Source of the DNA: Terriglobales bacterium
GTDB lineage: Bacteria; Acidobacteriota; Terriglobia; Terriglobales; Acidobacteriaceae
NCBI GenBank assembly: GCA_025934025.1
Contig: JAICYU010000001.1
Span: 587-64,586 of the forward strand
DNA length: 64,000 bases
Reading direction: 5' to 3'
Under the pieces are notes generated by a model. The model had not been told where the DNA came from. It was given only the letters and a program-made list of their open reading frames with translations, and ran no database searches. Position 1 is the first letter of the stretch. Each line of letters begins with the position of its first letter. This document shows, piece after piece, positions 1 through 8,509 of this stretch. A program made the position numbers and the translations under genes.

Positions 1-426
1 AGGTATAGCGTCTTGCGAAACCTTCATCCAAAGCGAGCGAACATCGCTCGCGGAGATGTCGCCTGCCGGGAGATGTACGCCATGCGCACCGCAGGCCAGC
101 GCTATATCAGTCCGGCCATTGATGAGCAGCCGAGTTTTTGATCCCGCCGGAATCGCAGACATGACGTCGTTTGCCAGACGCTCCAGTTCTCGGCCCGAGA
201 GGTCCTTCTCGCGCAATTGAAGGTAGTCCACGCCCGCGGCAGCGCACTCCGCGATCTTCTGCAATAGCTTCTCGCGTTTCTGCCCTTCGTCGCCGGCAAA
301 CTGCTGCCGGTCAGTGATGTAGTAAAGCAGAGGGCTCGCCCATCTACGGCGAGACACGGGCTTTGCCTGCCAGCACAAGGGTGCTCCATCCTCCGTCAGT
401 CCACTATCGCACGCCTTAAATGCCAT
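1..426 (-). CDS. thiE: thiamine-phosphate synthase (N-terminal part; the gene runs off the left edge)
   Basis: The ORF is absent from the ORF track because it has no stop in the window. My translation of the minus strand from the ATG (rc of 424-426) reads MAFKACDSG..RRRWASPLLYYITDRQQFAGDEGQKREKLLQKIAECAAAGVDYLQLREKDLSGRELERLANDVMSAIPAGSKTRLLINGRTDIALACGAHGVHLPAGD. The YYITD, LQLREKD and INGRTDIALA..AHGVHL pattern is typical of ThiE. The true start may lie downstream of the first ATG. Confidence 0.7.
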   Translation of the reverse strand, partial: MAFKACDSGLTEDGAPLCWQAKPVSRRRWASPLLYYITDRQQFAGDEGQKREKLLQKIAECAAAGVDYLQLREKDLSGRELERLANDVMSAIPAGSKTRLLINGRTDIALACGAHGVHLPAGDISASDVRSLWMKVSQDAIP

Positions 427-468
427 GAAAAGGCAACTCTCATCAGTCAAATCGCACTCTCTTGAAGG

Positions 469-888
469 GTGCCGCTTTCACTGCAAATTATCTGGCTGTT
501 CGTTCTTGCGATTCCTATCGCCGCCATCTCCTGGACCATTACTCATGAAGAAGTCTTTCGTGAGCCGCGAGACTACTGCCTCCGCCAGAGCGAAGAGAGT
601 CATCGCTTCTTTTCGCGGAAGTTTTTCTTCGTGTTCACCTGCGAATACTGCTTCAGCCATTACGTGGCGGCGTTCTTTCTTATCATCACCGGCTACAAGC
701 TGTTGTACCAGGACTGGCGCGGATACCTGATTGGGGGCTTTGCCCTGGTCTGGGTGGCAAACCAATACATGAGCGTGTATTCGCATCTGCGGCTCGACAT
801 TCGCAAGGAACGCGTCGAGATCAAGCACGTAGAGCAGAAGGTCCGGGATGGAGAAGAGAAAAACGCCGAGATCCGGAAGGTCGCGTGA
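469..888 (+). CDS. hypothetical integral membrane protein (possibly DUF1360-like)
   Basis: The 139 aa ORF has a GTG start after GAAGGG. It has hydrophobic helices (IIWLFVLAIPIAAISW, FFFVFTCEYCFSHYVAAFFLIITGY, LIGGFALVWVANQYM) and a charged tail. The family guess is from memory only. Confidence 0.5.
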   Translation: MPLSLQIIWLFVLAIPIAAISWTITHEEVFREPRDYCLRQSEESHRFFSRKFFFVFTCEYCFSHYVAAFFLIITGYKLLYQDWRGYLIGGFALVWVANQYMSVYSHLRLDIRKERVEIKHVEQKVRDGEEKNAEIRKVA

Positions 889-1078
889 GCCCGATGACCG
901 TGCCTCATCTCCAGTGCTTTGGCTGTGGAAATCGTGTTCACAAGGCGGCGATAAATTCCCTGAATACGATTTATAAGCTTAATTAATTGGCCTTCGCAGC
1001 GCTTCCCGCGATACGCTAATTCTTCAAACCTTTGCATCCTGTACCAGGCCAAACATCAAATCATTTTTGCGGAGAACT

Positions 1079-2509
1079 ATGTCCACAGAACTGCGCACGT
1101 TCCTGACACTTTCCTATGACGAATTGGAAGAGCTCAACCTGAAAGCCAAGGAGCAGCGCAAGAATCGCGTTGCTTCGCACAAGGTCCAGGAAGAGCGGCT
1201 CAAGTATCTGACGGACGAGAAGCGCATTAAGGCCGTCACTGTGCTGTTCAGCGACCTCGAAGGCCGGCTGCACATGCTGGACTACGACAAGAAGTTTCTT
1301 ATCAAGAGCTGGGACAATCTCACCTTTGACGGCTCTTCCATTCGCGGCTTCACAGCGCAGCGCGAGAGCGATCTGCGCCTGGGCATTGACTGGGCTGCGT
1401 TCTACTGGGCTCCTGCTGACATCTTTGGACCCGGCAAGGTTTTGGTCTTCGGCGACGTGATTGACAAGAACGGTACGCCTTATGCGGCCGACATCCGCGG
1501 CATCCTCAAACTCTATGCCGACAAGCTGCACTCCAGCCAGGGCTACACGCTAAACGCCGCCAACGAAATTGAAGGCTTCCTTTTTCAGGGCATGGACGCC
1601 GAGCGCCGCTACCATGAGACCGCCAAGTTCGACTACGTGAACACCGGCGGCTACTACCATTCGCTGCCCGGCGATCCGCTTCGCACCTTCATTGACACCA
1701 CCGCCGAAGTGCAGCGCGCCATGGGCTTCCAGAATGAGAAAGACCATCCAGAAGTGGCGCCTTCGCAGTTTGAGATCAACTACGGTTACGGCGAGGTCGT
1801 CGCGGCAGCCGACCAGATTCAGTTATACAAGCTCGTTTGCCGGCAAGTCGCAACGCGCATGGGCTTCACCGCGTCTTTTCTGCCCAAGCCGGTGGTTGGC
1901 GTGAACGGCAATGGCATGCATACCAACGTGTCCGTCAGTAAGAGCGGCAAGAACCTTTTCTGGGACGCCAAGGGCGAGGAAAAGCTGAGTGAGATGGGCT
2001 GGGGATTTGTGGACCGCGTGCTCACTCACGCCAATGACATCTGCCTGCTGCTCAATTCCAGCGTGAACGCCTATCGCCGGCTCGATCCACATTTTGAAGC
2101 GCCCAACCAGATCAAGGCTTCGGCCGTGGACCGCGGCTCCATGGTGCGGATCCCCATTGGCAACGAGAAAAGCATGAGAGTAGAAGTGCGCTCCGTCGCG
2201 CCGGACGCGAACCCCTACATGGTGCTCTACTCGATTTTCAAATCCGGGCTCGACGGCTCGGTCTCCAAGATCAAAAACCTGCGCCAGGCCGAACGCTACC
2301 TTCCCGACAACATCTACACGGCGCTTGAGAACTTCCGAGGCTCGGAATGGGCCAGCCAGATACTCGGCGAAGACGTGAAAGCTCGTTACGCCGACCTGAA
2401 ACAGGCCTCAGCGGACCGCTGTTCGCGCCTGCTGGGGACATTTGTGAAGGCGCCCGAGGTCCAGTATCACCACGATGTCTACAACCAGTTCTTGTGGAAT
2501 TTGTTTTAG
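1079..2509 (+). CDS. glnA: glutamine synthetase family protein
   Basis: The track ORF is 1067..2509, and the ATG at 1079 is preceded by GGAGA. Glutamine synthetase motifs are present: FSDLEGRLH, HPEVAPSQFEINY, NGNGMHTNVSVS, NAYRRL and MVRIP. The subtype is not resolved. Confidence 0.8.
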   Translation: MSTELRTFLTLSYDELEELNLKAKEQRKNRVASHKVQEERLKYLTDEKRIKAVTVLFSDLEGRLHMLDYDKKFLIKSWDNLTFDGSSIRGFTAQRESDLRLGIDWAAFYWAPADIFGPGKVLVFGDVIDKNGTPYAADIRGILKLYADKLHSSQGYTLNAANEIEGFLFQGMDAERRYHETAKFDYVNTGGYYHSLPGDPLRTFIDTTAEVQRAMGFQNEKDHPEVAPSQFEINYGYGEVVAAADQIQLYKLVCRQVATRMGFTASFLPKPVVGVNGNGMHTNVSVSKSGKNLFWDAKGEEKLSEMGWGFVDRVLTHANDICLLLNSSVNAYRRLDPHFEAPNQIKASAVDRGSMVRIPIGNEKSMRVEVRSVAPDANPYMVLYSIFKSGLDGSVSKIKNLRQAERYLPDNIYTALENFRGSEWASQILGEDVKARYADLKQASADRCSRLLGTFVKAPEVQYHHDVYNQFLWNLF

Positions 2510-2541
2510 AGCTTGTATCCGCGGTTAAGCTGGAGAACGCA

Positions 2542-3126
2542 ATGCGTCTGCCACTGATTGCTCACTGGTCGTATGCCCTGGTGTATTGGGGAATTTTCAT
2601 CTGGGCCTACGCGCAGGAATTCGGGCTGAACCGGCGCACCGCGAAGATCAAAGGTCCCCAGGATGCCGGGTCGTTTCACCTGGTGATATTGGTGCAAGCG
2701 CTGGCCAATGCTGCCGGATTCTTCATTGCGTTTGTCGGAAAATCCGGGGCATTGCCGTGGCCGCTCCTGTGGTTCTGGGCTGGTCTGGCGTTGATGGTCG
2801 CCGGAAGATGGTTGCGCCGGCACTGTTTCCGCATGCTGGGCGAATCGTTCACTGCTGTCGTCGTGGTTAAGCCAGAACAACAGGTGATTGAGCGCGGCGC
2901 CTATCGCTGGGTTCGGCATCCTTCTTATACGGCGGGGATGATGCTCTTTGCTGGAAGCATGCTTGCGCTGGCGAACTGGCTGAGCGTAGTAGTCGTCCTG
3001 TGCGGAGCGATCGTGGCCTATAGCTACCGTGTTCACGTGGAGGAGCGCGCCCTGCTGGAAACACTGGGCGAACCTTATCGCGACTACATGCGACGAACCA
3101 AGCGCTTTATTCCGTTATTCCTCTAG
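2542..3126 (+). CDS. isoprenylcysteine carboxyl methyltransferase (ICMT)/phospholipid methyltransferase family membrane protein
   Basis: The track ORF 2347..3126 overlaps the end of glnA, and the ATG at 2542 (MRLPLIAHWSY..) removes that overlap. The protein has multiple TM helices, and ERGAYRWVRHPSYTAGMMLFAG followed by EERAL is the ICMT-family signature. Confidence 0.75.
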   Translation: MRLPLIAHWSYALVYWGIFIWAYAQEFGLNRRTAKIKGPQDAGSFHLVILVQALANAAGFFIAFVGKSGALPWPLLWFWAGLALMVAGRWLRRHCFRMLGESFTAVVVVKPEQQVIERGAYRWVRHPSYTAGMMLFAGSMLALANWLSVVVVLCGAIVAYSYRVHVEERALLETLGEPYRDYMRRTKRFIPLFL

Positions 3127-3214
3127 AGTCGCGGCGATGCCGATTCGAGGAATCCGCGTTCATCTGCCTTGATCCGGTGAGGTTCCAGCTTCAATTCCGG
3201 CGATTCTGGCAACG

Positions 3215-4057
3215 TTAGTTCACCCAGCCGCCAGGGCCGTGCTCTCCATCACTTTTTTTCTTTTGATCAGGCGGCTTAAAGTTCCCGTACTCATCGAAGT
3301 ACTGCTTAGGGTCGTCCTGGTGCTTGCGCATGTAAACTTCAAATTTGCGAGCGGCGCGACGGCGTTTCCAGCGGTAGTAGCGGTTCCTCCAGTTATCGGC
3401 GCGGTCCTGCATGATTGCGCTTACACTGGCGCGGCGGAACATCATCTTGTACCAGAGATAGCCGGCGCCCAGCCCTAGCAGTTCCACCAGGTAAAACAAA
3501 ATGAAGCCGTTGAGCAGAAAATAGCCGGCCTCAATCGCGCCGATTCCAACCACCACCCAACCAACGGGAAGCTGAAATGGCAGAGGAAACAGATAAATGG
3601 AAGTCCCGCGATTCAGGAGATAAAACACCATCAGAACAGCGTTCGCGGCAGCTCCTGCGCCTATGGCAGGCCCGAATCCTAGATATCCGGTAAGCGCGAG
3701 CAGGAATCCCGCCACGCCGGCCAGCACCGAGGAGACGATGTACATCTCGGCGAATTTGCGTGAGCCGATGCGGTCCTGTACCGGAGCTCCGATGAAGAAG
3801 ACCGCAACCATGGTGAAGAGGACCTGCCAGGGATCGCGGTGGACAAAGCCGTAGGTGAGAAATTGCCACACTGAGCCGTGGCGCAAGACGCTGGCCGGAT
3901 TGAGCACCCCCAAGCCATACAGCAGGTCTCCGATAGGCCGATCAAAAGCCGTCAGCAGAACGATGGCAATCCAGATCGCGACCGTAATCAGGATGATCTG
4001 GCGAACGGCCCCGTAAAAGCGAGGTAACCCGAATTGGAAGGTAGTGTCTCGGCGCAT
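3215..4057 (-). CDS. rhomboid-family membrane protein, apparently catalytically inactive
   Basis: The 280 aa polytopic protein has a rhomboid-like core (LTYGFVHRDPWQVLFTMVAVFFIGAPVQDRIGSRKF ... GPAIGAGAAANAVLMVF). The GxSG serine motif reads GAGA and the TM2 Asn is Thr. The ATG shares one base with the stop of the upstream M28 gene (TGATG). Confidence 0.65.
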   Translation of the reverse strand: MRRDTTFQFGLPRFYGAVRQIILITVAIWIAIVLLTAFDRPIGDLLYGLGVLNPASVLRHGSVWQFLTYGFVHRDPWQVLFTMVAVFFIGAPVQDRIGSRKFAEMYIVSSVLAGVAGFLLALTGYLGFGPAIGAGAAANAVLMVFYLLNRGTSIYLFPLPFQLPVGWVVVGIGAIEAGYFLLNGFILFYLVELLGLGAGYLWYKMMFRRASVSAIMQDRADNWRNRYYRWKRRRAARKFEVYMRKHQDDPKQYFDEYGNFKPPDQKKKSDGEHGPGGWVN

Positions 4058-5571
4058 CAGTGTTTGTCGTTGACCTTGGGCTCGGGAGTTTTTTGTTCGG
4101 AAACTGCCGGCGATCCGGCGCGCTCGGGCTGCGGAACCACAATCACACTCTTGCGGCCTTTCGCGTCCACCGAGCGCACGCCAAAGATCACATTGTCCTT
4201 CGATTCCGGCATATCAGCCTTGGTTTCTGTGGTGCGCGTTGCGTTCTCCGGAGGAAATTCCGAGTCAGTTGTCTTTCGCCACAAGACTTCATAGGCAGTC
4301 GCTCCCGGCGCGGCTTCCCAATCAATCTTGGAATCATTCTCCAGGCCCTGGGTCTCTAGCCGGACCTTCTCGGGCGGCGCCGGAGACGAAGCCAGCGTGG
4401 CGAGAGTAGCGGCATTGAGCCGGGCTACGTTGGCGACATAGTTAAAATCCACGAACTTGGGCAAATCCCCATATTCGATGCCGTTCTCCGTGCGTGGGTT
4501 CTCGTGCTGATGATGGAAATCCTCGCGATATTCGGTAAAGCGAACGGCCGGGAATCCCTGCTGATTGAAGGAAATGTGGTCACCGCCGCGGAGATAACGG
4601 TCGCGCCGAAAAATCAGCTTGGGAGTGAAGGCGCCAAAGCTGGAGTACGTTTCAGACACTTCCTGGACGTAGCGCGCCAGTTCGCGCGAAGCTGAATCGT
4701 TCTCTCCACCCACCGCGCGAATGCGGGCCAGGTCGGCTTCCGTAGCGTTTGCGGGAATGCTCTCAGAGAAGACGCGCACCCAGTTGTTGTTCTGCATGGT
4801 ATCGCCGGGCGTGCGGTTGCCGCCGACAATATCATTGTTCAGCGCGCCTTCAACGTCCCAGCCCTCTTCTTTCGCCATCTGCGCGAAATGGCCGCTGCCG
4901 TAGAGCCCCTGCTCTTCGCCTGCAACAGTGAGAAATATGAGGGTCGCCGGAAACCTGTGCTTGCTCAAGACCCGCGCGCATTCCAGGGACACAGCCGTGC
5001 CGCTGCCATCGTCGTTGGCGCCGGGGGCAGGTTCAGTAACGTTCATCACGTCCTTGCGGCGGGAATCGTAGTGGCCGGTGACCAGGAAAATGCGCTTCGC
5101 CTGTGCCGGATCGGTGCCGCGCAGAATAGCATAGACGTTCTGAAGCTCCGTGGGCTTGTTCACGCGATCATGCGGTCCCTTCGGCTTCTGGATGAAGGTG
5201 TCAGTCTTCACATCCAAGCAGCCGCCGCAAGCCTGCGAATAGCGCTCGAATTCCTGCCTGATCCAGTTGCGCGCGGCCACAATACCTTGGTCGGAAGTTG
5301 CCGCGTCAGGATTGTTTACGGAAAGCGTGTTGCGGGTTCCAAAGCTCACCAGCTTCTTGATGGTCTGCTCCACCTGCTGGGGCGAGACGTCGTGAATGAT
5401 ATGCACCACTGCGTCTTCCTTACCCAGCGGAGTAGAACGGTTTGCTGAGGATTTCGCAGCCGGCGAGGCTTTGGCGGCCTTGTGAGCGGGCTTTTTGTTT
5501 TGGGCAACGGCTTCCGAACCGGACAGCATCAGAAGCGCAATCAAGAAGTAAAACAAGAATGAACGATGCAA
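4057..5571 (-). CDS. secreted M28 family metallopeptidase with C-terminal fibronectin type III-like domain
   Basis: The track ORF is 4057..5634. A TTG at 5571, preceded by GAGAGGTGAG, gives a clean signal peptide (M)HRSFLFYFLIALLMLSGSEAVAQ. M28 motifs are present: HYDS, GANDDGSGTAVSLECARVL and VAGEEQGLYGS. The C-terminal WEAAPGATAYEVLWRKT segment is FN3-like. Confidence 0.8.
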   Translation of the reverse strand: MHRSFLFYFLIALLMLSGSEAVAQNKKPAHKAAKASPAAKSSANRSTPLGKEDAVVHIIHDVSPQQVEQTIKKLVSFGTRNTLSVNNPDAATSDQGIVAARNWIRQEFERYSQACGGCLDVKTDTFIQKPKGPHDRVNKPTELQNVYAILRGTDPAQAKRIFLVTGHYDSRRKDVMNVTEPAPGANDDGSGTAVSLECARVLSKHRFPATLIFLTVAGEEQGLYGSGHFAQMAKEEGWDVEGALNNDIVGGNRTPGDTMQNNNWVRVFSESIPANATEADLARIRAVGGENDSASRELARYVQEVSETYSSFGAFTPKLIFRRDRYLRGGDHISFNQQGFPAVRFTEYREDFHHQHENPRTENGIEYGDLPKFVDFNYVANVARLNAATLATLASSPAPPEKVRLETQGLENDSKIDWEAAPGATAYEVLWRKTTDSEFPPENATRTTETKADMPESKDNVIFGVRSVDAKGRKSVIVVPQPERAGSPAVSEQKTPEPKVNDKH

Positions 5572-5672
5572 GGTGTAGCACTCACCTCTCAGGAGAACTT
5601 GACGGCAACCGTGAGAGATTCTAAATATAATCACGAGGCCCTTTCCAGTAATTGGAAGAGTCTGGAGGAATA

Positions 5673-5876
5673 ATGGCTCTCTGCCCTGAATGCGAGACTG
5701 ATCTGGACCTGGACGAAGAGGAAATCGAAGAAGGCGAAATCGTCTCCTGTCCGGAGTGCGGCACCGATTTTGAAATCGTCACCAAGCATCCGCTGGAGCT
5801 CAATCCCGTAGACGAACTTGACGAGGATGACGACGAAGACGATGAGGACGAAGAAGAGGAAGAGAGTGATTATTGA
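5673..5876 (+). CDS. LysW-like zinc-ribbon protein with poly-acidic C-terminal tail
   Basis: The ATG at 5673 lies 3 nt after GGAGGA (5664-5669). The product is MALCPECETDLDLDEEEIEEGEIVSCPECGTDFEIVTKHPLELNPVDELDEDDDEDDEDEEEEESDY. The CPEC..L.L...E.GE.V.CP.CG...E.V...PL.L pattern matches my memory of LysW/ArgW amino-group carrier proteins. Confidence 0.65.
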   Translation: MALCPECETDLDLDEEEIEEGEIVSCPECGTDFEIVTKHPLELNPVDELDEDDDEDDEDEEEEESDY

Positions 5877-6264
5877 TCCTCGCCGGCTCCGGTTTGCTGC
5901 TCTCTGCGGCGTCGTTCTCCTGATCTCTTCCGGATTCGCTCTCAGCAACAAAAAGAAACAAGAAAAACCCACAGGGCTGATTTTTGGCACCGCGTTTGGC
6001 CCTGATGACCGCCCCCTCTATGGAGTGAGAGTCCATATTCAGCCCGCTGGGAAGAAACATCCTGACTGGAACCTGATGTCAGACCATCACGGCGAATTTG
6101 CCCAGCGCGTGCCGCCGGGAGATTACGATGTCACCGGCGAGGCGGAACTCGCGCCCGTGGCCGAAGGCAAGCCGCAACTCTCGCGCAAAAAGCGTGTTAA
6201 AGTCAGCAGGGTAGTCCACGTGGAAAAAGACGTGGAGCAGGACATCAACCTGCGTTTGGAATAA
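5842..6264 (+). CDS. secreted or anchored carboxypeptidase regulatory-like (beta-sandwich) domain protein
   Basis: The track ORF is 5818..6264. The ATG at 5842 gives MRTKKRKRVIIDPRRLRFAALCGVVLLISSGFALS, and a GTG at 5866 is an alternative start. The body (GLIFGTAFGPDDRPLYGVRVHIQP..GEFAQRVPPGDYDV) resembles the CarboxypepD_reg fold. The start overlaps the upstream gene out of frame. Confidence 0.6.
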   Translation: MRTKKRKRVIIDPRRLRFAALCGVVLLISSGFALSNKKKQEKPTGLIFGTAFGPDDRPLYGVRVHIQPAGKKHPDWNLMSDHHGEFAQRVPPGDYDVTGEAELAPVAEGKPQLSRKKRVKVSRVVHVEKDVEQDINLRLE

Positions 6265-6269
6265 TCGAG

Positions 6270-6617
6270 ATGAGTTTACGATTGAGATACGTTGTTCCGG
6301 TTGTGCTGTGCCTGGCGGCGATAACGGCCTCTGCCCAGCGCGGAGGGTCCAATGATCTGCGCACGCTCTTTGGGCACGTGCTCAGCACCGACAGCAAGCC
6401 GCTAAACAAAGCCGTCGTCTATCTCAAGAACACCCGGACACTCGCCATTAAGACCTACATCACGGAGCCTGATGGTTCCTATCGTTTCAGCGCGCTTTCT
6501 CCCAATGTGGATTACGAAGTCTATGCCGACTACCAGGGCGCCCGCACTGACACTCGTACCTTGAGCGCCTTCGATAATCGCAAGCAGGTAGATTTCACCC
6601 TCAAGCTCAAGAAATAG
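6270..6617 (+). CDS. secreted carboxypeptidase regulatory-like domain protein
   Basis: The signal peptide is MSLRLRYVVPVVLCLAAITASAQ. FGHVLSTDSKPLNKAVVYLKN..TEPDGSYRFSALSPNVDYEVYA is typical of CarboxypepD_reg domains. The gene starts 5 nt after the previous gene. Confidence 0.7.
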   Translation: MSLRLRYVVPVVLCLAAITASAQRGGSNDLRTLFGHVLSTDSKPLNKAVVYLKNTRTLAIKTYITEPDGSYRFSALSPNVDYEVYADYQGARTDTRTLSAFDNRKQVDFTLKLKK

Positions 6618-6641
6618 AAAAGGCCATCCATTACGATGGCC
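6612..6641 (-). terminator. intrinsic terminator downstream of rpsA (the hairpin also abuts the end of the convergent + strand gene)
   Basis: The minus strand reads GGCCATC-GTAATG-GATGGCC (6641..6622) followed by TTTTCTATTT. The hairpin starts 20 nt after the rpsA stop. Confidence 0.6.
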
Positions 6642-6661
6642 CTCTCACAAAGCTTTCTCCG

Positions 6662-8509
6662 CTAGTCCTGATCGTTACCAGCGCGCTTCCAGTTGATAAT
6701 GTCGCCAAGAGTCGTGGTCGCGCTTGAAGCAGGGTGCTTGTAGGCTTCCACATCAGCACGGCTTGCTTCTTCACCCACAGCGCGCAAGCTGAGTCCGACC
6801 TTCTTCTCCTCAGGATTCATCTTGATGATCTTGAAGTCGTGCTCCTGGCCGCTTTCCAGCTTGGCCGGCGTGCCGTTGGAATCGGTGGCTTCAGAGTTGT
6901 GGCAAAGGCCTTCAACCCCGTCGGCAATCTCTACAAAAGCGCCAAACTGAGCCAGTCGCAGCACTTTGCCGTGAACAACGTCGCCAATGCGATGCGTCTG
7001 GAAGAAGCTCTCCCATGCGTCGGGCTGAAGCTGCTTCACGCCCAGTGACAGGCGCCTCTGCTCCGGCTCAATGCCCAGCACAAGGGCTTTCACCTTTTCG
7101 CCCTTTTTCAGGACTTCAGATGGATGCTTGACGCGCTTGGTCCAGCTTAGATTGCTGACGTGGACCAGACCGTCAATTCCATCTTCGATTTCGATGAATG
7201 CGCCGAAGTCGGTGAGGTTGCGAACGCGGCCTTCAACTGTCGAACCAATCGGATACTTCTCGTGCAGCCTCTCCCACGGGTTCGATTCCAGCTGCTTCAA
7301 CCCAAGCGAAATACGGCGTTCGGTGGGGTTCACGTTCAGTACCACGCACTCGATCTCATTCCCTGGAGTCACGAGCTTCGAAGGATGCTTCATGCGTTTG
7401 GACCATGACATCTCGCTCACGTGGACCAGACCTTCAATGCCCTGCTCCAACTCGATAAACGCGCCGTAATCGGTAACGCTCAACACGCGTCCTCGCACAC
7501 GCGCGCCAATGGGATAGCGTTCCGCCGCATCCAGCCAAGGATCAGGAGTGAGCTGTTTGAAGCCGAGCGAAACGCGCAGTTTCTCCGGGTCGTATTTCAG
7601 GACCTTCACCTGAATCTGATCGCCCACATGGACCAGATCGCGAGGATGGGTCAGCCGGCCCCAGGACATGTCGGTAATGTGCAGAAGGCCATCAATGCCG
7701 CCCAGATCAACGAAAGCTCCGTACTCGGTCAGGTTCTTGACCGTCCCAGTGAGCACCGAACCTTCCTCCAGGTGCTCCAGAGTCTTTTCGCGCTTCGAGG
7801 CAATTTCTTCATCGAGAATCGCTTTGCGGGAAACCACGATGTTGCCGCGCTTCTTGTTCAGCTTGATAACACGAACTTCGATTTCATGCCCCTTCAGGGT
7901 GTCCAGGTTGCGGACGGGATGCACATCAACCTGCGACCCCGGCATGAAGGCTTTCACGCCAATATCCACGGAAACCCCGCCCTTCACGCGCTCGGCGATC
8001 TTTCCCTTGACCGGTTCTTTGGCGTTGTATGCCTTTTCAATGTTCTCCCAAACGCGGACGCGTTGGGCGCGCTCGTGCGAAAGAAGGACCGCGCCTTCTT
8101 CGTTCTCGCCGCGCTGCACCATCACTTCAATCTGCTCGCCGGGTTGAAACTTGATGTTCCCGTCGGCATCGGTGACTTCCGCGATCGGCACCAGGCCTTC
8201 TGACTTAAAGCCGATGTCCACAACCACATGCGTGGCGGTAATCTTGACTACGGAGCCTTTGAAGACGTTGTCTTCGCTGGGCGCCGGTTCGGTCTCAAGG
8301 GTGTACGACTCAAGAGCGCTGGCGAAATCTTCCATGTGATTGTCTTCTTTATGAGCGGCGCCCGCAGCGGGCTGCCCGGTAGATTCGAGTTGGGTATCGT
8401 TGGCTGGCATAGTGTGTGATTTTTCGTAGGACTGGCCGGGTCTGAGGGAGGTGCTGGTTTCAACTTCTGGTCCGGCGTGCTCGCTGCCGACTTTCTGATC
8501 TACTGCCAT
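6662..8509 (-). CDS. rpsA: 30S ribosomal protein S1
   Basis: The protein has six S1 repeats (GSVVKITATHVVVDIG.., GKIAERVKGGVSVDIG.., GTVKNLTEYGAFVDLG.., GRVLSVTDYGAFIEL.., GRVRNLTDFGAFIEI.., GKVLRLAQFGAFVEI..). The long N-terminal extension is uncertain, and an alternative start MEDFASALES lies at 8335. Confidence 0.9.
   Translation of the reverse strand: MAVDQKVGSEHAGPEVETSTSLRPGQSYEKSHTMPANDTQLESTGQPAAGAAHKEDNHMEDFASALESYTLETEPAPSEDNVFKGSVVKITATHVVVDIGFKSEGLVPIAEVTDADGNIKFQPGEQIEVMVQRGENEEGAVLLSHERAQRVRVWENIEKAYNAKEPVKGKIAERVKGGVSVDIGVKAFMPGSQVDVHPVRNLDTLKGHEIEVRVIKLNKKRGNIVVSRKAILDEEIASKREKTLEHLEEGSVLTGTVKNLTEYGAFVDLGGIDGLLHITDMSWGRLTHPRDLVHVGDQIQVKVLKYDPEKLRVSLGFKQLTPDPWLDAAERYPIGARVRGRVLSVTDYGAFIELEQGIEGLVHVSEMSWSKRMKHPSKLVTPGNEIECVVLNVNPTERRISLGLKQLESNPWERLHEKYPIGSTVEGRVRNLTDFGAFIEIEDGIDGLVHVSNLSWTKRVKHPSEVLKKGEKVKALVLGIEPEQRRLSLGVKQLQPDAWESFFQTHRIGDVVHGKVLRLAQFGAFVEIADGVEGLCHNSEATDSNGTPAKLESGQEHDFKIIKMNPEEKKVGLSLRAVGEEASRADVEAYKHPASSATTTLGDIINWKRAGNDQD

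Noticed and set aside
988-1002. A GG-N10-GC element (TGGCCTTCGCAGCGC) lies 77 nt upstream of the glnA-like start and could be a sigma-54 promoter.
   Set aside because: Only the GG and GC dinucleotides fit, and the flanks (TGGCCT, AGCGC) deviate from TGGCAC-N5-TTGCW. The evidence is insufficient without an enhancer site or data.
2347-2541. The ICMT ORF has a long N-terminal extension that overlaps the 3' end of the glutamine synthetase gene. Similar 5' extensions occur on the HIT (8567), queF (15830), DCD (35565), efp (40919) and hypothetical (46541) ORFs.
   Set aside because: The extensions are Arg/Pro-rich and overlap neighbouring genes. Internal ATG or GTG starts with Shine-Dalgarno sequences give products with canonical N-termini.
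7278-7289. GGGTTCGATTCC is a tRNA T-arm-like sequence.
   Set aside because: It lies inside the rpsA coding region, and I could not build a surrounding cloverleaf with acceptor or anticodon stems.
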